Shown in pieces: positions 36,856 through 49,662 of a stretch of 64,000 nt of DNA. Under the pieces are notes generated by a model. The model ran no database searches. It was given only the letters and a program-made list of their open reading frames with translations, and had not been told where the DNA came from. Source of the stretch: Callorhinchus milii (taxonomy: Eukaryota). Each line of letters opens with the position of its first letter. Position 1 is the stretch's first letter. Made by a program: the position numbers and the translations under genes. The stretch lies in assembly GCF_018977255.1 (NCBI RefSeq), contig NW_024704742.1, positions 78,494,001 through 78,558,000 on the forward strand. The letters run 5' to 3'.

Positions 36856-38914
36856 CCTTTGCCACAAAGAATTTTATCCTTCGGGTGCTCTGGAGTTAAC
36901 ATGCGCAATTGGCTGCCGCGTTCGCCCACAAATATACAGTCAATTCACTTTACAGTATATTCTGTGAAGCGCTTTGGGACGTCCTCCCGACGTGAAAAGC
37001 GCTATATCAAATGCAAGGATTATTATTACTATTATTATTATTCTAAAAGAGAGCATTTGAGCAAACTGTCTCCAGTGAATAAATAACACAGTTGCTTAAG
37101 TACAGTTTGTTGATGAAAGATGCTTCAGCCTAGTGGTTGGTCCATATTCATTTATTAGATATTCTCTTTTTGACCTCTCGCATGTAAACATCCCAACTGC
37201 CGAAGTGTTAAAGAGATGTGTCACATAATTAGTATCATTAATGTGAATCAACAAGCTTCAGTGACACGGGGGATCAAAAGTCTCAAATAAATCAACTGTC
37301 TAATCGACAATTGTCAGCAACTGCCAATGACCAAAATGCTGTTACAGAGGTCATTTTAGATGATCCCCACCAGTGATAATCATAATAATAAATAATTAAG
37401 TCTGCTTAGACTATATCCACAAAGAACTGATGTGGGGCTTGAATCTACAACCCTTTGACTCAGAGTTGAGAGTACTCCTAACTGAGCCAGATTGACACAA
37501 GTTGTGGTGCCAAGAGGAAAATCCCGACTCATTTATTTAAATAAAAGTTGATTGTACTAAAATCCCAATCCTCCCAAACTGTCGGGAATCGTGTGATAAT
37601 TTTCCCAAAAGGGAGAAAATGTCTCCCTCTTCCTTCTTTATTTCATACAGCTGGCAGCATATATAACTGGAATCAAGTCCTCAGAGGCACAATATTTCAG
37701 CAGAGTGTTTTAATGCCAATCAACAAGACTATAAACACTGAATTGGCACAGATGTGAAAGTGCGGGAGACATAGAGATACAGTGACTGAAAGATGACAAA
37801 TCCAATACTAAAATTGGACATTAAACAATTTAATTTAAAATTTTTATTTAATTTAGAAAAAACATCTGGGAAGGTAGTTTTTCTTGTTCAAGACATGCTA
37901 CAATTTATCAATTGGAAATCCATTCTACTTTGATCAATAGAGATGGCCTGCCATGGTTTTACTGTGTACTGTGCGCTCATAAAGGTTACATTTCCAGGAG
38001 GACGTCAGCTGAGCATTTCAGTTAATGGATCTTCTTCACAAATGCTTCCAATGGCAGTAATGATACAATCTATTGCCGGTGTTGTGCGTACCAGCACAAA
38101 TCATGCTGACACAAAGTTTACTTGGCATCAAACCAACCACTGTTAAGTTTCCGAGACACTTCCTGTGTGAAGGGCTCTATATAATTGCAAATTGTTGTTG
38201 TTATGGAAACACTGGTAAAGCAGCCTTCGTGCTAACTTCATCATGTGTAAGGAGGTTCGAAAATCCGCATCCTGGTTGTAGCCTGTAAAAATACTTTGTC
38301 TAAAAAATTGAAGATCACACAGAATGGCAGACAAAGCTTTTAAACTCAGTAATAAACAAAATGGTTACTCAATCCACGACTGTTTGTGGGACATTGCTGT
38401 GTGCAATTGGCTGCTGCATTTCATCCACAAAATATACAGTCAATTCATATTCACAGTATATTCTATGAGTATATGCTTTGAGATGTCTCAAAGATGTGAT
38501 AAGGCAAGGATGCAAATGCAAGAATTATTATTATAAACAGTTCGCAATTTCTTTTTAAGAACTATGGAAAATCAGCTTCCAAATTAAGGCTGAATTTAAT
38601 AATTTACTAGGATTCTGCACAATTTTATATTTTAAATCAAAATGTTTTTACAGGTTAACATTAGGTGGGCTTTTGGAGCATCTTATGTTTTTTCTTCCTG
38701 GTCTATACTTGCTGGAGCCTAGGAAAGCGTATGCATGGCTTATCGTAGTTTTACATTTTATTTGAAAGAATTTAGTTGAGGTCGAGCTCAAATGTTCACA
38801 GCAATCCGATCTGAGTTTGGAGTTGCATATCATCACTCCTATAAAAAAAAGGCCATCTAAATATAGCTTTGAGCTCTGCCTAGGATTTTTTTGGCAGTTT
38901 TCTTTTTGGTCGGC

Positions 38915-39760
38915 TGGGTGTCTGGCATACGCGGACGTGGGGTCAACTTACACATGTATGCGGATGACACCCAACTGTACCTTTCTGCTTCCACCTTTGA
39001 CTCCAGGACCCTGCAGTCCCGAATGAATGTCTGTCAGGCATGAATTCCTGGATGACAGCTAACTTTCTACAGTTGAACATCAACAAGATCGAGGGTCTCC
39101 TGATTGGCTCCCGTCAACACCTCCACACCTCAGGCACTGACAGCATCACCATCCAAGGATACACAGTCCACCTTATTAAGCCAGTCCAGAATCGTGGGGT
39201 CTGTTTGACCCTCAACTATCTTTTCTACTCCACATCCATGGCATGACTTGTTCTGCCTTCCCCCAACTCTGCAACATCGCCCGGCTCCACAACTGTCTCC
39301 CACCACAGGCTACCAAAACCCTCATAAACACATTCATAACATCCAGGCTTGATTATACAAACTCCCTGCTCCCCATCTCCTCCCTTCACAGGCTGCAGAT
39401 CATTCAGAACTCTGCAGCCCGTGCCCTCTCTCGCACCAGGCTCCGTGATCCTATTACCCGTATCCTCGCCCGACTCCACTGGCTTCCCATCACATGGAGG
39501 ATACAGTTCAAGATCCTGGTCCTCACCTTCAAAGCTCTCCATGACCTTGGTCCCCACTACCTCTGCGACTCCCCTACCAACCTGCCCGCTCCCTTTGCTC
39601 AGGGGGCTCAGGCCTGCTTCACGTCCCCTGCTTCGCCCGCCTCACCATTGGCAGATGGGCCTTCAGCCACTCTGACCCCACCCCGGAGTCCGTCCACTTC
39701 ACTCCTCCCTTGCCTCAGTCAAGACCCTCCATTTCGACCGTTCCTTCGATCAGCCCCCTT
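38915..39760 (+). mobile_element. Degenerate L2-type LINE (RT C-terminal part)
   Basis: HMYADDTQLY, WMTANFLQLNINK, TSRLDYTNSLL and LHWLPI motifs with frameshifts. Confidence 0.88.
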
Positions 39761-40639
39761 CAATCAACCAAATTTTGCTTTGACCATATTTATTTCCGAA
39801 CAATTTACAGTAACCAATTGGCCATATGTAAATGGTATGGAATTCTTCCCTCTAAAATGTAACTTCAGATACAAAATACAAATATTAAATATTAAATGCA
39901 AAGATTAAATATTAAATGCAAAGTTTAAGTATTAAGTGCAACGATTATATTGCCTTCCTGTGCAATTTATGCGGTGGTGCATGTCAACAAATTACATCAT
40001 GATACACAACTCAAATGTAAGAGCTAAAAATCTTTTTATATCAAATGCAAGAATTATTATTATGACAGGTGAACCTATCCAATATTCTTTAATGCTCAAC
40101 TCTCCTCTCCCCTACAGTGTTCAGATGGAAAGATCTTGAAAGAAAGTCCTTGTATTTTTATGACACCAACTAAATATTTTAAAAATGCTTCAAAACATTT
40201 CAAAGCACTTCACAATACTTATTGTAATGCAGTTACCATTATTGTAATTATTATAGTTATTACGTTTTTTATAACAGGAGGCCATGTACCCATCCTTTAT
40301 AACATCCTTTCTGAACAATTTTTCTGTTGTCATAGTAACACCAATTTCAATACACATCTTTCTTCCACTCCCTGCTCTCCCCGCCTCATTTATAGCAGCA
40401 ACAGCTGCATGCTTTGCATGCCTTGCATTTGGGAAGAGGAATTGAAGGCAGCAAATTAATCTAGTTTACACTTTTGTTTCCTCATTATGGCTGAAACTTC
40501 CCCGAGTGCCCTTACAGTGAAGTCCATAATGCTGAAGTGCATTCAAACATATGTTAATATTTGGGTACTCTTGGTTGTGTGCTATGCAGGCTTAGACAGG
40601 GATTCAGGGGCCTCACAGTTGCTCCCATACATTGTGTGT

Positions 40640-41103
40640 CAGCCTGGGGCAGTGGTATCATTCTCGTCTCTGAGTCAGAAGGTTGTGGATTCAAGCCTTA
40701 TGTCAGGTCTTGGAATCACATAGTCTAAGCTGACTCTCCAATGACGTGCTGGTGTGTTTCATTGTCAGAGGTCCCTGCCGTTAAACCGAGATGTTAAACC
40801 GAGGTCCCTTCTGCCTCAGTTTAATGTCCAAGGCAGAAGGGAGATCCACCTGTTCACGTGGACGTTAAAGATCCCATGGCATTATTCGAAAAGTAAATGG
40901 AGTTTTTTCCGGTGTCCTGGCTAACAATTACCCAAAATAAAATTGGTCACTCCATGGCTTTTTACAGGATATTGCTGTGCGCAACTGACTGCCGCATTTC
41001 ACCCAGAAAACTACACATTTAATCCGCTTGCTGTGAAGCATTTTGAGACATCTTAATGACAATGATAAGGCACTTCATCAAATGCAAGGATTATTATTAT
41101 TAT
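40640..41103 (+). mobile_element. Deu-domain SINE
   Basis: Same domain order as 10557-11000; other copies at about 15262-15600, 30160-30430, 34271-34650 (+) and 48788-49260 (-). Confidence 0.75.
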
Positions 41104-41128
41104 GTTGATTATTTTCTGTATTAGCATA

Positions 41129-41342
41129 GAAATTCTACCTGGGTCTAGATTTATTTTACTTTAGTAGCAATTCAGAGCATGCAGAATTGAGCAAATTTTT
41201 AAATATAGCCTTAATTTTGAGGTTGATTCTCTGTAAATCACTGCATAAAATTTGAAAGTTAGGATGGAGTTTAAAATTTGCCAAATTTTGCACAGACTAA
41301 ATGTTGCACAAATAAAGTAAATCTAGAACCAGGTGGCATTTC
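41129..41342. mobile_element. Palindromic MITE-like element
   Basis: Left end GAAATTCTACCTGGGTCTAGATTTATTTTA; reverse complement of right end GAAATGCCACCTGGTTCTAGATTTACTTTA; imperfect symmetry continues inward. Confidence 0.7.
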
Positions 41343-42896
41343 ACCCTCATTGTATTTAATGCCTGGCTCAAGTAATCATGTGCAAAATATAACTCTATCA
41401 ACCAAAAATTATGTTAAGGGTAGCACCACAATAAACCTCCTCCAAGAACCATTCTGTGTCCATGACATGATGTAGGATTTAGCAAGTGTTGAAGGGAGGA
41501 AAATGTGGATGATCCCTTATAAATGTCAACCTTGAAGATATCAGTCATGCATGTGTTGGTGGTCTGTGATTAATTGGACAGAATGTACGAGCAATTTACA
41601 CTCTGCAAATAGCATAAAGCAAGTTGGAATTAACCATGTGAACCAGGACTACTTGAGACATGTCCCTTTATTCAGTGAAATATTAAGCAAAGTCTAACCC
41701 ACGGGAACGAAAGGCAAAACATCATTATCTATCACATCACTGTTTGAAGTTTTAACTTCTGCCTCGCTGTGAGTGAATATGTAACCCAAAGTCATTAAGA
41801 ACCAACATCTCACTTAAATGGAGGAAATCTGACAGCATTAGCATTCTGTTAAGCAGTATTATCAATCACTCTCGCTCTCTCTTTTGCAATCTTTTTGTCT
41901 TTAAGTTATATTATTGTTTCTTTGAACATTCCCCGTTTGTTTTACCCTATCCTCAAAATGCGCCATTCCACATGGTGATATAATCTTGTGGAGCTTGTGG
42001 ATGTGCTACTACAAAGAAAGCATGATTAAACACTGCAAACTTTGCAGATTCATTTTTCTTCTGGCTACATGTTTGTTCAAATAAAAACTCATTGCACCAT
42101 CTTCTATTTCAACTCATTTATTCCAAGGACCTCAGGGTTGTGCATCTACTGCCTTCATTCACTGCTCCCCCTTTTGCTATAATCTAAAGCCTATTAAAAC
42201 CCAGGCCTGTGCGATCTAGATATTACTTTTTAATTTATGTCGCCCACTTGCCTACTCATTTTAAATTCAATGGATTTTCGTCTAGATTTCTCAAAAAAGT
42301 CAGTAGGAATCTCTCATGCCATGCATTGAATGTCCAGTGAGATTTCATGAATGCTATTATCGAATGACGTGCTGAGAGGATGAGTTCAACGCGCAGGTCA
42401 GTTTTTATTGATCCATCATATAGTAATGCCTCAGCAAGCAATGACTGTGCAGATTGAACATTAAATGCTCGCTGGACATATGGGACTCCCAGCTTGAGGC
42501 CATTTTTCGAGTATGAATACTTTTCTTCAAACCCGTCTTCTCATGTAATGATTCCCTAACATTGAAACCACTAGAGGGCAGGATGAAATTTACTTGTGTA
42601 TTTGTGTTACCTCTGTTGGTTTTGCTGAGCTAAGAAAGTATCAACATAACATGGATACAGCACCACAGAAGAGAAAAATAATGCAAAATGGTGTGTACTT
42701 AAAGGCACTTCAAAACAAAAAGGCATCAATTATTTGTCCAAAATAAACTCTTTACTCCAACCTGTAAATACCTTGTACAAGCAGCATATCTATGCCTTAG
42801 CTGCCCAATGATTTCTCTCCAGATTGTTTTTGTATACTTTACAGGTTCTAGATTTTGTTGTTATACATTCGGCTATGCTTTGTAAATGACATAGAT

Positions 42897-43219
42897 ATTA
42901 TAATAATAATAATAATCCTTGCATTTGATATAGCGCTTTTCACGTCGGAAGGACGTCCCAAAGCGCTTCATGGAACACACTGTAAAGTGAATTGACTGTA
43001 TATTTGTGGGCGAACGCAGCAACCAATTGCGCACAGCAATGTCCCACAAACAGTCGTAGATTGAAAATGACCAATTTATTATTGTTTTTGGTTTTGGAGG
43101 GATTATTATTATGCGTGTGGAGTAAGGAAACTTGCCCAAGGTTTCGCCCTCTGCCTGGAATTGAACTCAGGTCTCTCGCTTGCAAAGCGAGTGCTCTAAT
43201 CACTGAGCTACAGGACTCC
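42897..43219 (-). mobile_element. Full-length tRNA-derived SINE, short young variant
   Basis: Near-identical to 30596-30915 and 57349-57668. Confidence 0.92.
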
Positions 43220-43989
43220 ATATTAGGGTTCAATGGAATTAATAGCATTAATTACAAACATTGTGTAAAAATTGGCTGTTGCGTATGTCTAAAATACATG
43301 GTCACTACACTTTACAGTAAATCCTCTGAAGTGCTTTGAGATGTTACGATGATGTGCTATCCTCTTTAGGGGAATGTAACTGGGATCTCATCGGAGCTGA
43401 ACTGAGGAATTGAGTTAGCCCTCTGTGGCTTTCCGGTTCCTGAGCAAGGGATGTCCGTAGTATTCCAGGGCACTGCTGATGTCAGCACAGCCAGCCTGGC
43501 TCATTGTCAGGACCAGGAAGGGCAGATCAGCCACTGAGGTTAAGGAGTCATCCCACTCAGCTCCTGTTAACCCTGCAAGCCAAAGCTCTCATGCATACTT
43601 TGGTGTCCCCAAGGTTTGGCTCTTGCCAACCTGCGCCTAACACTTTCCAGAATTAGGTAAGCAGGATCCATCCCTCCAGGGAGAGAGTGCGCATTCCATT
43701 GCAACAATCTATCTCTGGAATTTCCATGTGTAGGTGGGATGCATGGAAATCTCTGCTTGGTTTGGAAACTCTTAAGCATGGGGATGGGTTTCCACATGTA
43801 TCAGACACCCAGCTGACCAAAAATTGATTATGTGACAAAGCTCAATATCAAATCCAAAGGTTTTTATTGTATTGTTTAGAGCTGCTGTGCAGGAGATTGA
43901 CAAACTGGTATATTCTCATGAAATTATATATATGTGTGTATCTGGTAATCAAGGAAGATGTTGTCAATAGTGAAGGATGCATAAGTTCA

Positions 43990-45200
43990 TGGTAGATGGA
44001 TGTGTTGATGACTATGCGGGCCAGTGTGTGACAGTCATTGTCTACCACAAACCACATATTGCCACGTTCCTGGTGAGTTCTCCTCATGATTCCTCTGACA
44101 TTGATGATCCATCTCTCGCATCTTTCCTCCACACTTGACACAGTGTTGTTCCTCAAAACCCTTCACTCCTTTTCTTACTTCAACATTCCATTTCCATCTG
44201 TTGGTGGCCAGGGTTTCCTAAGAGTCAATGTCCATGTTGTCCAGTGTGTTCTTGTTGTGCCTTTGTTGCCCGTCCTGTTTTCTACTGTCACCTGCCAGTT
44301 CTCTTTAGATCACCTGCTTCAGCACCATATGTCATCCAACCTAATAACATGTCCAGCTCAATGGAGCTGAGCATTGTCAATCATTGCCTCAATGCTGGTG
44401 CTGTCAGCATGTTCCAGTACTTTGTGGTTAGTGATCTTGTCCTGCTACCTAATAAAATGCAACAACAACAACAACAAGATTGCATTTATAGAGCGCCTTT
44501 CACGTCGGGAGGATATCCCAAGGTGCTGGACAGTTGGGTCGGGACCCGAGCAAGGGGGAAATGGTCAGGGTGAGGGGAGGGAAGGGAGGGAGCGAGGAGT
44601 GGGTAGAGAGTCGAGAGGAGAGCTGAAGGAACGGTTGAAGAGAAAAAGATGCAAAGATGCAAAGTTGTATTTGGTGAAACAACAACAACAAATTGCATTT
44701 ATATAGTGCCTTTCGTGTCAGGAGGATGTCCCAAGATGCTGGATAATGAGGGGTTTGCACTCAAGCTGCAGGTTGGGATCAGAGAGGACAAGGAAGGTGG
44801 AGGAGGAAATATGACCAAAGGCACGATCAAAAGGATGGTCTTGAGATGGGCCTTGAAGGAGGCAAGGAAGGGACGAGGTGGAGGGGCTCTGGGATGGAGT
44901 TCCAGAGGCTGAAGGCCCGATTACCTATAGTGGAGAGGGTAGTGCCTGCAGAGCGGAGGGAGCAGATAGGATGGTGGTTGGAAACGATTTTAGCTCTTGA
45001 GTGTGCCTCAAAGTGTCCATGCTTCACATCCATACAGGAGATTGCTAAGGACAACCTCCATATAAACCTTAATTTTAGTAGCAAACTTGATATCACTCTT
45101 GGATATTCTACCAAAGGCCATGCTTGTCCCCGGTATATGAATCATCACTTCCTTATTGATCCTTGCACCATCGGACAATAAGTAGACTGTGAGCATGAAT
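43990..45200 (-). mobile_element. RTE-clade LINE 3' relic split by two L2 tails
   Basis: SMAFGR..TKIKVY..VVLSNLLYGCEAWT (45008-45196), then QDKITNHKVLEHA..SIEAM..AQL..GHV (~44330-44445) and a CGR...HSH C-terminal motif near 44000-44060. Confidence 0.75.
44460..44965 (-). mobile_element. Two tandem L2-type 3' fragments
   Basis: Two (CAA)n tails at 44460 and 44678, each followed by the stem-loop and 3' sequence matching 8424-8780. Confidence 0.85.
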
Positions 45201-48200
45201 TCTGAAGATAATTTAACATGCCCGGACTCCAGTCATTCCCAAGTTATTGGTTAGGTTGAATAACTGTCTGTGGCCTGGGGCAGCTGAAACAGAAAAAAAA
45301 TGTAAACTGACGATAACTCAATGTTTGGCTCCGAAATGTCATGCTTTGTGATTGTTGTTTGACAGGTATGTTTAGGGACTGCCTGCAGAATCCTGGAAGA
45401 ACTCATTTATTGGAGATCCAGTGCAGATCACTGCTTGGGATTGCCCAGTACCTGAAGGTTCAGTCGCCTGACATATGCTCTTTCATAGAATAAATCAGAA
45501 TCCACAGTAACCTTGAAGAAACAGGGGTAGGTGTGTCATCAGTACCCTTTGGTTGCAGTAACAGAACAATGATGTTTCTGGGCTAAGTGTACCAATTGGC
45601 AGATTATCGCACCTCAAAAGTTGGTATCACAGTTGAAGCACAGTTGTAAATCAGAAGTTCAGGTTTCCCAAATTTCACCATTGAGAACAGTGTGGGAAGC
45701 ACTGCCTGCCCGCCATTCATTCAATATTATAAACATCAGGCGGACTATAAATTTGACCACATTAACTCCCTTGTGATAGATTCATAACTGTAGAATCAAA
45801 GGTAATGACTTATGCCTTTGTTGTAGTCCACGCTGATCCCTAAACACAATCACACGATCCTGATTCAGTAAATGGTGTCTCGTTAAAAAAACAATAGTTT
45901 GCTCTGTTAAGTAGCCAGGGTAAGGTGTTTCTTTTGTTAGACTAATCCTTGCATTTGAAACAGAACCCTTCACTTTGGGAATATGCCTCATAGCATTGCA
46001 CAGGATGTTATTGTAAAAGGTTGTGACTGCATTTGTCGATGAAAACAACAGGCAATTTGCAAAGGCAATGTCCCACAAACAGCCGTGAGGTAAACAACCA
46101 TTTCTTTTTTGGAGGATCCAAATAAAATGTAAACTGACGATAACTCAATATTTGGCTCCAGAATTTCATGTTTGTGTTTGTGTTTGAGAGATAAACAGAC
46201 AGATTTGACAGACAGTTGTTTGTTGTTAAACTTTTCCGGTTGTATTGTGCGCTCACTATTTTGTGAGCTAATATCACTAGGGAGTTTAGGTACATGAACA
46301 GCATAAATCGACTAAGTCATTTATGTTGGCTTTGCTGTTAAATTTGTAAAATGTCAACAAGCATCATATGTTGGCTTAAATTTATGTTGGCTGTGTATTC
46401 AAATCCTAGAAGAGTTGACAATGGGAGATGGACAGTTTACAGTGTTAGCTGAAGGGAGTTAATGTAAGAAATTTTTTGAAGCGGCATGAAATATCTGCGA
46501 GCATGAAATCCTTGTTATTATGTTTCTTTATTGCTATTGTTTACTCGCCTGTGTCATAGGAAATTCTATTTTTTGAGGTGTCCATAAATAAACATTTTTA
46601 TATAAATTGTTTGTGAAGAATATTTTGAGCTCCTGCATTGTGAAAAGATTTTGTAACAAGTATCTGCATCAAATGCTTTCAGATTAGTTTGTATATTGCA
46701 TTCTTTACATCCAGAGTAAAGTTTCCCCATTCCCTGCTCCATCATTACTTAAAATCCAATCTTGGAGGCTTGAAGATCGATCCAGTCTAAGCCTGAAAGC
46801 CCATTTTAAATGCTAAAGGCAAAGATTTCAGATCATCCAAAATGTGAAAAATTTTAAATTTGGAAGCCTGTTCTTTTTAATCACAAGCTCCCTTGGGATG
46901 TGCTTCCGACATATAAATGTAATCAGATGTTGTTCCCAAATTAAGACTTTTCTGAATTTCTGTGCTGTCTGACTAGGTGGAATTTCAGGACATTGAAGCG
47001 AACCTCCTATTTTATCAATGTTACACACATGCAAAACACACCATTTCATGGACTTCACTCACTCACTCTAACCTCTGGGGAAAAGCTACACAGGGACTCC
47101 ACAACTCCCAAAGCAAATCAAGCAGCAATTCCGGAATCTGAATCTCCTGGACTCAATCCCGACCTCCTGCCCTCCACAGACAACATTTTCCCAGCTCCAG
47201 CAGCACAAAATTAGTGTTTACCATCTCTCAGAGAGATTGGTGATTTGCTACCAATTAACACACAAGTTATGAAAAATTTTGTGTTGTCAGATCAGGCCCA
47301 CTTCATGCAGCATTGAGAACGGCCATAATGGATTTTAGTCAACGACTTTGCAACAACAACAACAACAACTTGCATTTATATAGTGCCCTTCATGCGGGGT
47401 AGTATCCTGGAGTGCTTTGCAATTAACAAAGAGGGAATGTTGAGCCAGAGATAGATTTAATTCTACCAGGTCCCAGGAATCAAAGTACCATGTTCTAACC
47501 CATTATGTTGCCAAGATCGATCTCTCCCTTCTTCCTGTCACCTCCCCCCTCCCCGCCAAAATATATCATGTGTCTCTAAGTTTCCCAATTAACTGAACAT
47601 GTTGTTCTTTTTGTCTCTTTTGAAGCAAAATACAATTAATTTAATTAAAACATGCTCAAAGCCATTTAGTGAGGCCCAAGAATGCTTTCAAATGGGAGGC
47701 TGTCAGTGGTTGCAGCTTGCTTGCAGTGCATGTTCCCTGGGGCTAAAGTAGAGAGCTGTTTGTTCATTGAACTGTGAATCTGCATCAATTATTGCTCTGT
47801 TGCACTGACATGCTTTTCATTACCCAATCATGTGAGCAATCTGAACAGGGGGAAAAATATTACTTTTGAAGATTATAACATGAAAGATGGAATTTTAACT
47901 CCATATTATCTTCAAGAAGAATTGGTATTTTCCACCGAAACTCTCATACACACATTTCTTAACCGTCTACTATCCTGCCCGCTCCCTCTGCTCAGCGGGC
48001 TCCGACCTGCTTCATGTCCCCCGCCTCGCTCTGCCACTCTGCCCCGACCCACTGGAACTCCATCCCGCAGTCCTTCTGTCTTGCCTCCTCCTTTTGCCTA
48101 GTTCAAGACCCGTCTCAAGACCCTCCTCTTTGACCGTGCATTTGATCACCCTGCTTCCTCCCTGCCCTCCACCCTCCTCAATCCTGATCCCCAGCTCGGG

Positions 48201-49279
48201 TCCAAAACACTGACTGTCTAGCGCCTTGGGATGTACACAAATGTAATTTTGTTGTTGTTTCTCCCTTCTTCCCTTTGTTGCTGTTACTTTTTCTCATCAT
48301 CTTCAAGATCCTCTTCTCCAGTCTCGACATGCATCATTTATTCCCTTTTAAATATGAAGTGCTCCGAGGCACTCTATAACTGGGCATCACACAGATTGCT
48401 TGCACTTGAATTCTCTCACTCACTCTACAGGGAATGCCTTATTTCTGCTTTGGTCCTCCACAAAGGATGCATTTGAGGCAGAAGTCGATATGGTATTGCT
48501 CCACAAGCAACACATTGGTTCACTCGCCACAATCTGCAAATATATTTTTATCTGCAGGAATAATCATTAAAAAAATGTTTATTGTGCAAAATCCATCAGT
48601 TCCATGGATGAGATACCAGCATAGTGTTAGATACCTGCACAGTAATAAGATACAATGTCTGCTGATTACTGAAGATACAGGCTTCCCCAACTAAATTCTC
48701 ATAACAGAAAATCACATAATAACAACAACAACAAAAAGATTCCATTTATAGAGCACCTTTCATGTCGGGAGGACGTCCCAAGGCGCTAATAATAATCTTT
48801 GCATTTGTCATAGTGCCTTATTATATCATCAGGACAACTCAAAGAGCTTCACAGGATATACTGTAAAGTGGTTTTGACTGTGTATTTTGTGGACAAAATG
48901 TGGCAGCCCAAGTTTACCACAAGCGAGCATTTAGTGAATCACCGAGTTTTTATTTTCAGAACGACCAGAAGAAACACCCTTCTCTTTTTGAATAGTGTTA
49001 TGGAATCTTTAATATCTACTTGAATAGGCAGACGGGACCTTGGTTTAATGAGTCATCCAAAGGATGGCACCTCCAACAATTGCAAAACACAACCCTATAA
49101 GCACCTTATTATGTTGTCAAAATGTCTCAAAGTGCTTCATAGAATTTACTCTAAAGTGAGGTGATTCTGTATTTATGTCGAATGTAGCCTAGACAATTTG
49201 AATTCAAGACCCAATATGGGCTTGAACTCACAAGCTTCAGACTCAGAAGTGAGAGATTTATAAAGTCCTAGCAGACAAG

Positions 49280-49662
49280 ATAATAGTAATAATAATCCTT
49301 GCATTTGATATAGTGCTTTTCGCGTCTTCTCGATGTCTCAAAGCACTTCACAGAATATACTGTAAAATGAATTGACTGTGTATTTGTGGGCGACAAGTGG
49401 CAGCCAATTGCATACAGCAGTGTCCCACAAACAATCGTGGATTAAGTGACCAAATTGTTATTGTTTTTTTTATTTTTTTGAGGGATTATTATCCCCAGAA
49501 AAGCGATCCACCAATCGACTATCAACCGAGTTCTTACTTGCTGCTGCGTAAACAGAGGTGTGTGGAGTAAGGAGACTTGCCCAACATTTTGCCCTGCTGG
49601 AAATAGAACCCAGGTCTCTCGCTTGCAAGGCGAGTGCTCTAACCACTGAGCTACAGGACTCC
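49280..49662 (-). mobile_element. Full-length tRNA-derived SINE, long variant
   Basis: Same head and tail as the short variant plus a ~62-nt central segment. Confidence 0.9.

Noticed and set aside
42873..43339. Recurring ORFs ending KRYIKCKDYYYY (also at 25, 36859 and others)
   Set aside because: Translations of the SINE body and its (TTA)n tail.
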